Position numbers and translations under genes: made by a program. Positions 48,141 to 59,002 of a stretch of DNA of 64,000 nucleotides are shown here, in pieces. Source of the stretch: Dehalococcoidia bacterium (GTDB lineage Bacteria > Chloroflexota > Dehalococcoidia > E44-bin15); the NCBI GenBank assembly GCA_030610655.1, contig JAUWRG010000001.1, forward strand, positions 175 to 64,174. Direction: 5' to 3'. How positions within the stretch are numbered: the first letter of the stretch is position 1; each line of letters begins with the position of its first letter. The notes under the pieces were generated by a model. That model had not been told where the DNA came from. It was given only the letters and a program-made list of their open reading frames with translations, and did not search any database.

Positions 48141-49702
48141 CACTTCTCAACCCATACGTCCTTAAGGGTGGGAATAATCATAGGGGCAGGGGAAAAACCC
48201 TCGACATAGGGCTTGACCAGGTAATAGCTCCTGCCAAACCAAAGAGGGAGCAAAGGGGCGTCCTGGACAATGGCCTGCTCTACCTCTTGGTACACCGCCA
48301 GCCTGCTATCGAAATCGCTTTCCACTCTTGCCTCCTCCAGCAACTGGTCTACATAGGGACTGCTATAGGCGGTATGATTCTCCACACTCTCGCTGTGAAA
48401 CAAGAGGTCGAGGAAATTCTCAGCATCGGGATAATCTGCAAGCCAGCCAATCTGAAAAGCTTGAAATCTCCCTTCCCACAGGTCATCCAGAAAGGTTTCC
48501 CATTCCACCACTTCGACCTCCACCTCCACCCCAAGATTCTCCTGCCACATCCAGGCTATCGCCTCAGTTGATGCAGCCGCCCCGACACAGCTTCCTGGCA
48601 CAGAAAGGACGATAGCTGGCAAGCTATCCTGGTAGCTTGACTCGGCAATGAGCTGTTGTGCTCTCACCACGTCGTAGTTCAGGCCCTCCATTCCCTCACT
48701 ATATCCAGGTATGCCAGGAGGAAGAATGCCATAAGCAACTGAAACCGTATCTTTTAGCAATATGTCGATGATCTCCTCCTTGTCCACAGCGTGACACATG
48801 GCCTGACGCACCTTCTCATCATCAAAGGGTGGCATGGCAGTGTTGAAGCCAATATAACCTAAGGAAAGCTCAGGAACTATGACCATCTCCTCATTCAGTG
48901 GATTCGTGGGGTCAAGCACCCTTTCAATGTTGGTAGTACCTACTTGAGTTATGTCAAGCTGCCCCTTTTCGTACATCATCATTGAGCCTCCGGTGAAGAG
49001 GAAGGTCACCATGTCTAACTTAGCGATGTCTCCATAAAAGTTGTCGTTCCGCTCAAGGACTAGCCTCTGCCCGCTCCACCATTCACGAAACTTGAAGGGG
49101 CCGGTTCCGCTGGGGAACCGCCACCAGTCAGCAGTGGGCTCAACATTCTCTTCGTCTACAACGAAGGCAGCAGGGTGAGTGAGCTTAGCCAGGAAGTAGG
49201 CTTTGGCCGCATCGATGGTGAGTTGCAGGGTCTTGTCATCGATCACCACCACCCCAGCAACCTCTTCAGCATCACCCCTCAGTTTCTCCTTAACGCCGAC
49301 AATGTCGCCGAGATAGGCCTCAGCCACCGGAGAGCCAGTATCAGGGTCAGCAGCTCGCTCTATAGAATATTTAAAATCATCCGCCGTCAACTCCTTGCCA
49401 TGATGGAATCTCACGCCATCGCGAAGGTGAAAGGTATAGGTAGTGCCATCGCCACTGATATCCCAACTCTGAGCAATGTCGGGGATCACCTCAAGGTCAC
49501 TGTTGAGGGTCACCAGGCCGCTAAATATTTCCACAATGTACCTTCCTGAGGTCGCATCAGCACAAAGGGCAGGATCCAAGGTTGAAGGCTCGGAGCCATA
49601 AAGGGCTAAACCCCCAGGTGGCACACCACAACTGAGCGCAGATAAAGATAAAACAAAGACCATTGCCACAAGGGCAATGGCAATCATCCTTCTAAGTACC
49701 AC
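48140..49702 (-). CDS. ABC transporter substrate-binding protein, family 5 (peptide/nickel, OppA/DppA-like)
   Basis: 520 aa with signal peptide and a family-5 SBP fold. Confidence 0.7.
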   Translation of the reverse strand: MVLRRMIAIALVAMVFVLSLSALSCGVPPGGLALYGSEPSTLDPALCADATSGRYIVEIFSGLVTLNSDLEVIPDIAQSWDISGDGTTYTFHLRDGVRFHHGKELTADDFKYSIERAADPDTGSPVAEAYLGDIVGVKEKLRGDAEEVAGVVVIDDKTLQLTIDAAKAYFLAKLTHPAAFVVDEENVEPTADWWRFPSGTGPFKFREWWSGQRLVLERNDNFYGDIAKLDMVTFLFTGGSMMMYEKGQLDITQVGTTNIERVLDPTNPLNEEMVIVPELSLGYIGFNTAMPPFDDEKVRQAMCHAVDKEEIIDILLKDTVSVAYGILPPGIPGYSEGMEGLNYDVVRAQQLIAESSYQDSLPAIVLSVPGSCVGAAASTEAIAWMWQENLGVEVEVEVVEWETFLDDLWEGRFQAFQIGWLADYPDAENFLDLLFHSESVENHTAYSSPYVDQLLEEARVESDFDSRLAVYQEVEQAIVQDAPLLPLWFGRSYYLVKPYVEGFSPAPMIIPTLKDVWVEK

Positions 49703-50269
49703 TTATTCACTCATTTTCATAGATAGATACGATTAGATTGGCTCTTCCTCTAAGCACAGTCAATTTTAGCCTAGGTAGCGATGGTTTAGCAAGCCACTGC
49801 TTCTCGTTGGTCTTGCTAAAATAGATGAGCGGCATCTTCGCCGTATTGAAAGGCACTCTTCTATAGGAGGGAACCTTGATGTAAAGCAAAAAGTGGACTC
49901 TAGGAAGTAACTTCTTTGACGGCATCCACTACTTGCTTCAATACATCTTTGAAGAGCCTGCCAGCTAGGTCTCCGGTCGTCTCTGGCTCTACTATTGAGC
50001 CTAGCCTTGGCACAATAAGCCAGGGTAATCTCCTTCGCCACAGTCAAAGCATCGTCTGCCATAATTTTTACCTCCCTTTGGCCATTATACGTATTATGAG
50101 GACAATAAGCTGGTAGACAGGCTGTCTAAAAACCTCATTCCGCGTAGCGTCGTGACTCCTGTCACGACGAAGAATTCGTCCTTCAGCAGAAGGACGCTAC
50201 CCTTTTGGGACGGCCTGTAGATATGATATTTGCTTGATTTAGGACTGAAATTGTGTAGTGACCACCAGC

Positions 50270-50503
50270 TTAAGCATAGACTTTTATATTGTGCTGCTCA
50301 AGAAGTTTAGCTATTTCTGACTCGTATGGCAAACCGGTTATGTCTACGCCGCTACCTACGTAAAGTAGTTCAACGCCTATAACAGTTCCATCTTCTGCAT
50401 AGTCAATAAATCTTGTTTCATCAAGCTCCTTAGAATATGAGTAAGGTAACTTATTAATGAGGATGTAAGCACAGTCAGCATCGCGGTCATACTGGAATTC
50501 CAT
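50270..50503 (-). CDS. DUF2283-family small protein (putative antitoxin-like partner)
   Basis: 77 aa; pairs with the upstream DUF4258-like gene. Confidence 0.5.
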   Translation of the reverse strand: MEFQYDRDADCAYILINKLPYSYSKELDETRFIDYAEDGTVIGVELLYVGSGVDITGLPYESEIAKLLEQHNIKVYA

Positions 50504-50518
50504 AGAGCCTCCTTTAGT

Positions 50519-50767
50519 TTAGTCGAGAACGATAGCCGTTATGATTCTTAATGGGCTGGTATTCTTACGAACGACTACTCTAAGTCTCTTTCCGTTTTTC
50601 AAGTAGCCGACAAAACAATCATTACCTTCTTTATCCTTGTACGCTATATCATAGGAATCAAGAACGTTTTCGACTTCTGCCCTTGTTATCGCACGTTGCT
50701 TCATTCGATTCCGAGCATGATGTTGAAATTTGTAAGCTTCCCCGCCCGGTGTCTCATACACTTTCAT
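50519..50767 (-). CDS. DUF4258-family small protein (putative toxin-like)
   Basis: 82 aa; basic N-terminus (HHARNRMKQRAITRAEVENVL). Confidence 0.5.
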   Translation of the reverse strand: MKVYETPGGEAYKFQHHARNRMKQRAITRAEVENVLDSYDIAYKDKEGNDCFVGYLKNGKRLRVVVRKNTSPLRIITAIVLD

Positions 50768-50932
50768 TTTCTACCCTCCCAGTAAGTTTTGTCAATTCCG
50801 CCAACTAACTGTTACCAGCTGGTTTTTGGTTCCTTTTAGTACGTTATGCTACATCTAACTAGAAGTCAAGCTCTTAACTGCTTGACAAAGCTGCCGCTGT
50901 TATGGTAATATATAGCATGGAGGAGGTGAACT

Positions 50933-51691
50933 ATGCTAAACCAGTCCGAAAAAAACAAGAAACGGGAGGTGTCGCGGTATTCCTATCCATATTATGATTT
51001 AGAAAGTGCCATTCAAGTTACTAAGATACTCTATGACCAGGCAGGTGGTAAAACCTCATTCGCACAATTAGCTTCCTACCTTGGGCATAAGGATGAATCC
51101 AGCGGAACGTTCATTGCTAAGATTTGGGCAGCTAAGTTATTGGGGCTTGTCCAAGTTCAGACTCAAACTGTATCCACCACAGAATTAGGCGAACGATTGA
51201 CAACACTTCAGCCCGGTTTACAGAGGGATAGGCGGCTTGCGGATGCCTTTCTGAATGTACCGCTGTTTCGCGAGGTCTATAAGAGATTTGAAAATTCAAC
51301 ACTCCCTTCAACACGAGAAGGACTTTTGAACGTTCTACAAAGTACTTTTGGTGTTCCTTCCAAACGTGCGCCAGTGGCTTTGAAGGTGTTGTTGGCTTCA
51401 GCGGAGCAAGCTAATTTTAAGCGCGCTGACCCCAATCGGCTGATTCACCCTGTGCCCGCGGGGTTGATGGAAAGAGAAGCTTTAGCGAAAGCTGAAGCTG
51501 AGCAAGAAGAACCAGTATCTAATGCTCCTCAGTTGGAAACACCACTGAGGAAGGTGCATCCAGCTATAAGTGGCTTTCTCCAAGAGCTCCCATCTAAGGG
51601 AGAGCGATGGACTACAAGCGACCAGCAGAGATGGCTCGATGCTTTTACCGCCATGATTAAGGCTCTTTACCCAAGTGAAGACAGCGATTAG
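50933..51691 (+). CDS. hypothetical protein
   Basis: 252-aa ORF preceded by a GGAGGAGG RBS; no recognised motif. Confidence 0.4.
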   Translation: MLNQSEKNKKREVSRYSYPYYDLESAIQVTKILYDQAGGKTSFAQLASYLGHKDESSGTFIAKIWAAKLLGLVQVQTQTVSTTELGERLTTLQPGLQRDRRLADAFLNVPLFREVYKRFENSTLPSTREGLLNVLQSTFGVPSKRAPVALKVLLASAEQANFKRADPNRLIHPVPAGLMEREALAKAEAEQEEPVSNAPQLETPLRKVHPAISGFLQELPSKGERWTTSDQQRWLDAFTAMIKALYPSEDSD

Positions 51692-51895
51692 ACAACGAAG
51701 ACTATGGATAAAGACGAAATTCTCGAAAGGGGGCTCTCCCTGAAGAGGGGCTGGGGACGCCCCCACGCCACCTATCATTGCGAGGATTGTCACGAGCGTA
51801 AGCGAGAGAACTCGCCCAAGCAATTAGAGACTTCCATTTGCCATTCCGACGAGGATTAGCGATCAAGTAAACTCGGATGGAAAGGGGAACCATGT

Positions 51896-52008
51896 GTCAT
51901 TCTGAAGGAGCAAAGCAAGGGAGGAATTTGGTTTAGATTCTTCCCCTTCACGGAGCCTGTCCTGTCCTTCTGCGGAAGGATATCGAAGGGTTCGGGGTCA
52001 GAATGACG
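51896..52008. repeat. terminal-inverted-repeat element R6 with perfect 10-bp inverted ends
   Basis: GTCATTCTGA...TCAGAATGAC with internal CCTTCTGCGGAAGG hairpin; 113 bp. Confidence 0.8.
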
Positions 52009-52127
52009 CTGCGAAGCAGGTATAATGGGGAGGAAGTGATGCATCATCAATCACATGAACGAGTACAGGGGAGCACACGATAATATAAGAGAGGCATACC
52101 TCGGAATTTGATGATTGCGCTAGCGGC

Positions 52128-52955
52128 TCATCCCCAATTTAGCGCCCTGATCGCTCCCGTACCAGAATCTATGGTGGTCTTCTTGCGCCACACGACCTCG
52201 TGTGGCAGATATTCCTCAAATGCCTTCCTCAGGATCCATTTCCCCCATACCTTACCCATTTCCCGTCTCACCTTATACTCAACAGGTACTTCCCAAGCGA
52301 ATTCGCTCACCTCCGAGGTGAGGTAAGGGGCGCTCAACTCCATACCCAATGCACCGGCCAACATGTAGGGGTATCTGAAATCATAAGCCTGAAACACCCT
52401 TGACGATAACTCCCGTTCCAGATCTCTGGCGAAGAGTTCTTCGCCACTAGAGGTGATAAGGTCGAAAAAACCGCTGATGGAGTCATAGCCGACAAATAGC
52501 TCATCAGCGCCGTCGCCGGTATATAGAGAACTCACAAATCTCCTAGCAAACATCATTGCAATATAGACTGGCGCAAGAGTAGTGGGGCCTGCCACCTCAC
52601 TATAGCCTTCGACTATGCTTTCCTTAATATGCATAGGGACGCCAGCCTCATATTCACTGTTGTTCAAGATGCTTGTCGCCTCCAGGGCCGCATCCACAAG
52701 CTCCTGTTCGGTGAAAAAGCGAACTGTGTGGTCCAATTCAAGGAATTGAGCCACCATCCTGGCATATTTGAGGTCTTCATCAACGCCTTCCATGGTTACG
52801 GTGAAGGCCTTCAGGCCGGGCACATGCTTTTTGGCAATCAAGGCGATAATGCTGGTATCCAGCCCCCCTGAGAGCAATACCCCTTCAGCTCTTTCATTGC
52901 TTATAGCTTCATCCAGTAGAACCCTCAGCCAGTAACTTGCCTCACCTATATCCAT
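52128..52955 (-). CDS. asparagine-synthetase-like PP-loop ATP pyrophosphatase domain protein (no glutaminase domain)
   Basis: SGGLDTS PP-loop and AsnB C-domain-like sequence; 275 aa. Confidence 0.6.
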   Translation of the reverse strand: MDIGEASYWLRVLLDEAISNERAEGVLLSGGLDTSIIALIAKKHVPGLKAFTVTMEGVDEDLKYARMVAQFLELDHTVRFFTEQELVDAALEATSILNNSEYEAGVPMHIKESIVEGYSEVAGPTTLAPVYIAMMFARRFVSSLYTGDGADELFVGYDSISGFFDLITSSGEELFARDLERELSSRVFQAYDFRYPYMLAGALGMELSAPYLTSEVSEFAWEVPVEYKVRREMGKVWGKWILRKAFEEYLPHEVVWRKKTTIDSGTGAIRALNWG

Positions 52956-53140
52956 AATAAATCACCAGTTAGCTACTTTGCCCAGGGCTTCTCTGTCTGT
53001 AGGACGGATATCTAGATTTTGCGCTATAAGTGCCGCGCCAGTATTACCTAGGGCGACGAAAACTTTCTCAACTTTGGGGCTTTGGGCCATCTTCTATACC
53101 AAGGTGTGTTCCCTGCCCCGTCCACCAATAACTAGTATCT

Positions 53141-54346
53141 TCACAGTTCACCTCTGTAATCCTTATTACTTAGGTTGTTTTTCTTCCGAAGCATTTCCCT
53201 TAACAAGTCCCGTGCCACCCTGTCTTCCATTTTTGTCTTGCTTAGAAGATCTTCTGACTCATGCTTTGGCAGCATCTCTGCTATAAATCTCATTAGTTCC
53301 ACTGAAGGGTAGAAATATTGCATTCCGTAGTGCACACAGCCCATATTAAGCTTAAGGAGCTTGAATATCTGCGCTACGAGTTTTCTTCGTTCGTTATCCG
53401 TTAGTATAGTTGTGTTGAGCCAAAACTCGCCGTTGTTGGTTACAACTTGAACGGAAAGCGGGTCAGGGAACCATAGGTGGAGATTCAAGTATAAGCGAAA
53501 AGGGAAATCATTAACCGCTTGGCACAATTCCCTCAATTCCTTAAGGAGATCATCGCTTTCCCCAGTACTCATATCGGGGAAATAAGGCGGGCGCATATGC
53601 CTCCCTTCATCTCTTCGTTTTTTAATTATCTCCTCGATTGTCTCCTTGGGGCACCCATCCAACTCCATTTGCTGCTTCGCCTCTTCCTCATCTTTAGCGA
53701 TATAAGTCTCAAGCTGGGTAATATCCCGCTCGAGGTTTTCATCGTATTTGTGAATTGCATTCACCTCTAATTGCCTTTCCGTTGCCTCCCCAACGTGTTT
53801 CTCAAGTATCCCGGCGTGTCCCCTTTTCACTCGTTCTTCTTCCTTTAGTCGCCTTTCCATTTCCACCTTTTGCAAGCCAAGTGTATGATCGTAAATCTTC
53901 TCAATCATCCTATCAGCAACCTCTACTGCCGATTCCCAATTTCCCGGTTTATATTTTTTGATTATCCTCCTCGTTTTTCCTGTCGACGAATCATAAATCC
54001 TAATAAAGGACAGTTTTGTTGTAAAGAATCCGCCTGTTTTTAAATTATATGTAGTTTTTCCACCTGTCATATCCTCTATCGTTTGGATGTGTATCCCCAA
54101 CTTATAAAAAGATATACCTCTAAAGGTATCCCCACTAACTGGTGAGACGATTTCTCGAATGCTAAAACTTTTACTAATCACTTTCCCGATCATACTTGCC
54201 GTTTCGTCTATGTTCACAACTTTGCCTAGCAACTCTCCTTTCAACCGCCTCTTGCCTAGACTCATATGCTTCCTCCTTTGAGCAAAAGTTTTAACCTCAA
54301 AATCACTTACATTTGCGAGTTCATTTCCTGTTTGGCCTTTAAGCAC
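53141..54346 (-). CDS. hypothetical protein (401 aa)
   Basis: Long ORF overlapping the upstream gene by 40 bp; charged coiled-coil middle region; no recognised motif. Confidence 0.4.
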   Translation of the reverse strand: MLKGQTGNELANVSDFEVKTFAQRRKHMSLGKRRLKGELLGKVVNIDETASMIGKVISKSFSIREIVSPVSGDTFRGISFYKLGIHIQTIEDMTGGKTTYNLKTGGFFTTKLSFIRIYDSSTGKTRRIIKKYKPGNWESAVEVADRMIEKIYDHTLGLQKVEMERRLKEEERVKRGHAGILEKHVGEATERQLEVNAIHKYDENLERDITQLETYIAKDEEEAKQQMELDGCPKETIEEIIKKRRDEGRHMRPPYFPDMSTGESDDLLKELRELCQAVNDFPFRLYLNLHLWFPDPLSVQVVTNNGEFWLNTTILTDNERRKLVAQIFKLLKLNMGCVHYGMQYFYPSVELMRFIAEMLPKHESEDLLSKTKMEDRVARDLLREMLRKKNNLSNKDYRGEL

Positions 54347-54867
54347 TCCCAGACACCTACGCTTATCCCATCAAGCCAGTAACTGATTCTTTCCACTAGC
54401 TCCTGGAGACTCTTAAAGTTGATATTGCGCAGCTCTGAAGCTGAAATCGAGGGTTTACCATTCTTGTCAACAGGATACCGAAAAGCGTATGAGTTAGGGT
54501 CCCATTCTGAAAATTTATTGATGTCCTCCTGCACAGCATCAAGGTCGGTTTCACGTTTATTACGTCCATCTTTCGACAGCCTTGCTAGCTCATCTTTGTC
54601 TATTTCTTCCAAGAGGCCTTTACAATCCCCCCACAGTTCACCTATTTTATGATGTTGCTGATATCGCAATAAACCTGGAGCTTTACCCAAAACCTGATTG
54701 CCATCTTGGATTATCTCTTTGATCCTTAATTCGATATACTGCCGATACAGAAATATTACTGGAAAGACGAGGGTATTTTGATCACCATGAGTAACGCAAT
54801 GTTCGACTAGTATGTCGCCAGCCAACTTATAACCTACTGCATATCGACCCCAGCTTAGATATCCCAA
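54307..54867 (-). CDS. hypothetical protein (186 aa), possible HEPN-like
   Basis: Contains an Rx4HH motif (LRYQQHHKIGELW); first gene of the overlapping pair. Weak evidence. Confidence 0.35.
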   Translation of the reverse strand: MGYLSWGRYAVGYKLAGDILVEHCVTHGDQNTLVFPVIFLYRQYIELRIKEIIQDGNQVLGKAPGLLRYQQHHKIGELWGDCKGLLEEIDKDELARLSKDGRNKRETDLDAVQEDINKFSEWDPNSYAFRYPVDKNGKPSISASELRNINFKSLQELVERISYWLDGISVGVWECLKAKQEMNSQM

Positions 54868-54876
54868 GGCTACTCC

Positions 54877-56637
54877 TCAATCAAGCCTCAACCTGAGATG
54901 AAGTTCCTTAAGCTGCTCGTCAGACACCTCGGCAGGGGCATCGAACATCTGGTCCACCGCGCTCTGGTTCTTAGGGAAGGGGATAACCTCCCTGATGGTC
55001 TCCGCCCCAGCGAGGATCATCACCAGCCTATCGATCCCAGGGGCGATGCCGCCATGGGGCGGAGCACCGTATTCGAAAGCCTCAAGAAGGTGTCCGAAAC
55101 GCTGCTCGATCTCCTCCTCTCCATATCCCAACAACCTGAGGATTTTCTCCTGAAGCTCCCTTGTATGGATCCTTATACTTCCGCTGGAAAGCTCGCAGCC
55201 ATTGCAGACAATATCATAGTGCCTGGCATGCACCCTTTCCGGCGCGCTATCCAGCAGGGGCACATCCTCATCCTTGGGCGCAGTAAATGGATGATGCATC
55301 GACTCCCATCCGCCACCTTCTCCCCTCTCGAATAGGGGATAATCGAGAACCCAGCAGAAGGCAAGGAGGCTGGGGTCTGCAAGGTCCAAGCGCCGCGCAA
55401 TCTCCCCACGCAACGCGCAAAGCGCCTCGGCAACAATGTTTGGTTCGCCAGCAACGATGAGCAGGAGGTCCCCCTCCTTTGCCTCGAACCGTTTTGCTAT
55501 CTCGTCAATCTGCCCCGTAGTCAGAAACTTGGCAGCCACGGACTTCCCCTGTTCTTCACCCAGTGGTAAGCTGACCAGCCCCTTTGCCCCACGAGCCTGG
55601 ACAAACTCAGCCAGCTCATTTATCTGGCGACGCGAGTAATTGCCGCAGCCCGGGGCACATATCCCCCTCACCCTACCCCCCGCATCTATAGCGGAGCGAA
55701 ACACAGCGAAATCGCACTCAGCCGCAATGTCCGCCAAATCCTTGATCTCAAGGCCGTAGCGCAGGTCGGGTTTGTCCGTGCCATAGCGCTCCATAGCCTC
55801 AGCGAATGATAGACGGGGGAAGGGCTTCAACACTCGCATGTTTGGCGTGACATTCTCCACCAGTGAGGTGAAAAGCTCCTCCATGAGTGTCAGGATATCT
55901 TCTTCTTCGACAAAGCTCATCTCCAGGTCGAGTTGAGTGAACTCAGGCTGCCGGTCGGCCCGCTGGTCCTCGTCGCGGAAGCACCTGGCAATCTGGTAAT
56001 ACCTGTCGAAGCCAGCCACCATTAATAGCTGCTTGAGCTGCTGTGGGGACTGCGGTAGGGCGTAGAACTTCCCAGGATGGACTCGGCTAGGCACCAGGTA
56101 GTCCCGCGCCCCCTCAGGGGTGCTCTTGATAAGGATCGGAGTCTCGATCTCGATAAAGCCTCTAGCCTCCAGGAAATCGCGCATGAACTTGATCACGCGA
56201 TGGCGCAGGATAATATTATCCCTCAGCTTCTCACGGCGCAGGTCAAGATAGCGATATTTGAAGCGAACGCTCTCTTCCACCTCAACGTCCTCATTCACAT
56301 TAAACGGCGGCGTCTTTGAGGCATTGAGTATCTCCACGCCCCGTGCAATCACCTCAACCTCCCCGGTGGCGAGCTTTGGATTCTCCGTTCCTGGGGGGCG
56401 CTTCCCCACATCACCGGAAACCTTCACCACGTACTCATTGCGCAACTTAGTTGCCACCTCATGCACCTGCGCCGATATCTCGGGATTGAAGACCACCTGC
56501 ACTAGGCCATCCCGGTCCCGCAGGTCGATGAAAACGAGCCCACCATGATCCCTCCGCCGATGCACCCAGCCAGCAAGGATCACCTGTTCACCGACGTTCT
56601 TGCTGGTTAACTGACCGCAATAATGAGTCCTAAACAT
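54877..56637 (-). CDS. aspS: aspartate--tRNA ligase
   Basis: Class II aaRS motifs and the N-terminal OB anticodon-binding domain ([36 protein letters not shown]). Confidence 0.95.
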   Translation of the reverse strand: MFRTHYCGQLTSKNVGEQVILAGWVHRRRDHGGLVFIDLRDRDGLVQVVFNPEISAQVHEVATKLRNEYVVKVSGDVGKRPPGTENPKLATGEVEVIARGVEILNASKTPPFNVNEDVEVEESVRFKYRYLDLRREKLRDNIILRHRVIKFMRDFLEARGFIEIETPILIKSTPEGARDYLVPSRVHPGKFYALPQSPQQLKQLLMVAGFDRYYQIARCFRDEDQRADRQPEFTQLDLEMSFVEEEDILTLMEELFTSLVENVTPNMRVLKPFPRLSFAEAMERYGTDKPDLRYGLEIKDLADIAAECDFAVFRSAIDAGGRVRGICAPGCGNYSRRQINELAEFVQARGAKGLVSLPLGEEQGKSVAAKFLTTGQIDEIAKRFEAKEGDLLLIVAGEPNIVAEALCALRGEIARRLDLADPSLLAFCWVLDYPLFERGEGGGWESMHHPFTAPKDEDVPLLDSAPERVHARHYDIVCNGCELSSGSIRIHTRELQEKILRLLGYGEEEIEQRFGHLLEAFEYGAPPHGGIAPGIDRLVMILAGAETIREVIPFPKNQSAVDQMFDAPAEVSDEQLKELHLRLRLD

Positions 56638-56762
56638 TTATACAATCCTTACTGGATTATAGTTCATAGTAGGAGTGGAAAGCCAGAGGGCTGTTCCCTC
56701 AGGCGTTGGTCTGTCAGTGTCCTCCAGATATATACCCCAGGGCGGGCGGGTGGGACCAATGT

Positions 56763-56939
56763 GTCATTCCGAGTGAGCGCATCGACGAAGAATCTCCACC
56801 AGCGCGACCGACGCCTCAACCCCACCGAGATTCTTCGCGGAGCCTGCCCTGAGCGAAGTCGAAGGGGCTCAGAATGCCAAGGAGTGTCGCCTCCCTCGCA
56901 ATGATACCTAGAGAGGAGTCCAGAGGGGCCTCCCTCTGG
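56763..56939. repeat. composite repeat copy R7 (inverted-repeat-ended element + hairpin module)
   Basis: GTCATTCCGAGTGAGCGC...GATTCTTCGCGGAGCCTGCCCTGAGCGAAGTCGAAGGGGCTCAGAATGCC, then GAGGAGTCCAGAGGGGCCTCCCTCTGG at 56913-56939. Confidence 0.75.
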
Positions 56940-57122
56940 TGTGGGTTTGTTTACAACTTGGCCGCACGGCTCGGCCCCTAAAAAGTTGGCTTGGCCCTCC
57001 CGCTGTGATATACTAGCACGAACGCAGGCTAGCTAATATCTGCTGTCGAAACAAGTTTAAGGCCTAGCTGTAGACGATACTCCAGGCAGTCAGCAGTATG
57101 TAGATTGGCCTAGTATGAGGAG

Positions 57123-58109
57123 GTGTCACTTATGTTCAAGACCAGAATCACTGAAATGCTTGGCATCGAGTACCCCATTATTCAAGGGGGCATGATGTGG
57201 GTTTCCTGCCCAGAGCTAGTAGCCGCTGTTTCTAATGCCGGGGGCTTGGGCATCCTCGTTTCGGCAGCCTATGCTACAAAAGAAGACCTCCGAGACGACA
57301 TCAAAAAGACGAAGAGCCTCACCGACAAACCATTCGGCGTCAATCTAAGCCTGTTCCCCTCTATGATGGCATTGCCAAACGAGGAATATATCGAGGTCAT
57401 AGTTGACGAAGGAATCCCCATGGTGGAGACCTCCGGTATTAGGTCACCCGAGGAATATCTACCCCGCCTCAGAGAGGGGAATGTGAAGGTTATTCATAAA
57501 TGCGCTGCGTCGAGACATGCTAAGAAAGCAGAAGAGGTGGGTGTAGATGCGGTGACTGTGGTCGGGATGGAGAATGGTGGCGCCACCGGGATGCTGGATG
57601 TCGGCACCTTCGTGCTCATTCAGGCAGCGGCAAAGGCCATATCCCTACCACTCATCGCTGGAGGAGGCATCGTCGACGCCCGCGGCTTTGTCGCTGCTTT
57701 GGCCTTGGGGGCAGAGGGAGTAGTGATCGGCACGAAGTTCATGGCGACACACGAAGCTCCACTGCACCAGAACTTCAAGGAGTGGCTACTGAGGTCCAAA
57801 GAGACCGACACCGTGCTCGTGATGCGCTCCATTGGCAACACTCATCGCGCCATCAAAAGCCCGATCGCCAGCAAACTGCTTGACATGGAAGCAAGGAATG
57901 CCCCTCTTGAGGAACTCCAGACCATAATCGGCGGCTCACACTCGGAAGAGGTGCTTAAAGAGGGTAAGCTGGACGCCGGTGTGGGAATGGCTGGACAGGC
58001 TGTGGGCCTGATCGACAAAGTGGTAAGTGTTAAGGAAGTCATCGACAAAATCATCGAGGGTGCCAGAGAGATAGTCCCACGCCTGGAGAAAATCATAACG
58101 CCGACGTAA
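57123..58109 (+). CDS. nitronate monooxygenase / FabK-like FMN enzyme (NMO family)
   Basis: MLGIEYPIIQGGMMWVS and the TIM-barrel FMN-binding pattern. Confidence 0.8.
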   Translation: MSLMFKTRITEMLGIEYPIIQGGMMWVSCPELVAAVSNAGGLGILVSAAYATKEDLRDDIKKTKSLTDKPFGVNLSLFPSMMALPNEEYIEVIVDEGIPMVETSGIRSPEEYLPRLREGNVKVIHKCAASRHAKKAEEVGVDAVTVVGMENGGATGMLDVGTFVLIQAAAKAISLPLIAGGGIVDARGFVAALALGAEGVVIGTKFMATHEAPLHQNFKEWLLRSKETDTVLVMRSIGNTHRAIKSPIASKLLDMEARNAPLEELQTIIGGSHSEEVLKEGKLDAGVGMAGQAVGLIDKVVSVKEVIDKIIEGAREIVPRLEKIITPT

Positions 58110-58343
58110 CGTTACGCTGGCTCAGTATCGCCCAATGACATGCTGCATGTCTGCTGGCGGGCTTTATGCAAAGTCGCCTACGCGTTTGCCGAGAACTTTA
58201 CCTACCACCCTGGGCGACACCTGTGGGTATCTCTATAACCCCGTTCGTCGCCCCTAATGTATTTCTCTAGATGAAATCTCCCAAGATTAGGCTTGATGGC
58301 CGTTGCGGTATATCGCTGCCACCAGTATATGTTGCGCCTCAAC

Positions 58344-58802
58344 TCAGCCCACTTCCTCCAGCACAACTTGTATAATGCGAGGTATCCTGGCTTCCACCTC
58401 GGCAGATAGCTCCAGGCCCCACTCCATCTCCGCCGGCTCCACTCCGATGATGACCACCTCTGCACCTTCTGTCCAGTAGCTAGTCAATTTCAGACTATCC
58501 ATAAGCTCCCATTCATGCAGCGACATCGGATTCCTCTCCGCCCAGTCTATATCATCGGGAGAAAGCCTGTAAATAGTGCCCGCCTCACCCCCTCCCCTCA
58601 CCGCGTCAATAATAATCAGCTTGTCAACCTCCCCCACAAATGCCAGGGCATCGGGAGAGGTCCCACCATCTATCACCAGTATGTTCGAGGGCAGAGACCG
58701 CCGCCGTAGCTCCTGCACCACATGGACACCTACCCCCTCATCCATAAGCAGCAGGTTCCCCACTCCTACTATCGCTATCTTTCTCTCCTTCGACCCATTC
58801 AC
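58344..58802 (-). CDS. hydrogenase maturation protease (HycI/HybD family)
   Basis: KIAIVGVGNLLLMDEGVGVHVV N-terminus; 152 aa. Confidence 0.75.
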   Translation of the reverse strand: MNGSKERKIAIVGVGNLLLMDEGVGVHVVQELRRRSLPSNILVIDGGTSPDALAFVGEVDKLIIIDAVRGGGEAGTIYRLSPDDIDWAERNPMSLHEWELMDSLKLTSYWTEGAEVVIIGVEPAEMEWGLELSAEVEARIPRIIQVVLEEVG

Positions 58803-59002
58803 CCGTATAAAAGTCCCTTCGCAGTCCCAAGCTCAGAAATTATATCCCTCAACCTTGCTTCCTGTCCACAAAGGTTAGAATAAGATCAGATATCATCTGT
58901 GTAATCAAGATGGCTTGACAAAAATGGGTTGGCTGCCCAAAGTAGTCTTTACTTAATTACCTTGATATCAGTTACCCCTAATGTCCGGCAAAGGAGACTC
59001 AT

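Noticed and set aside
50148-50196. Double hairpin (CGTCGTGAC-TCCT-GTCACGACG and CGTCCTT-CAGCAG-AAGGACG) as a terminator
   Set aside because: No adjacent U-tract on the strand of the neighbouring minus-strand genes. It is probably another repeat-family fragment, sharing the GAAGAATTC motif.
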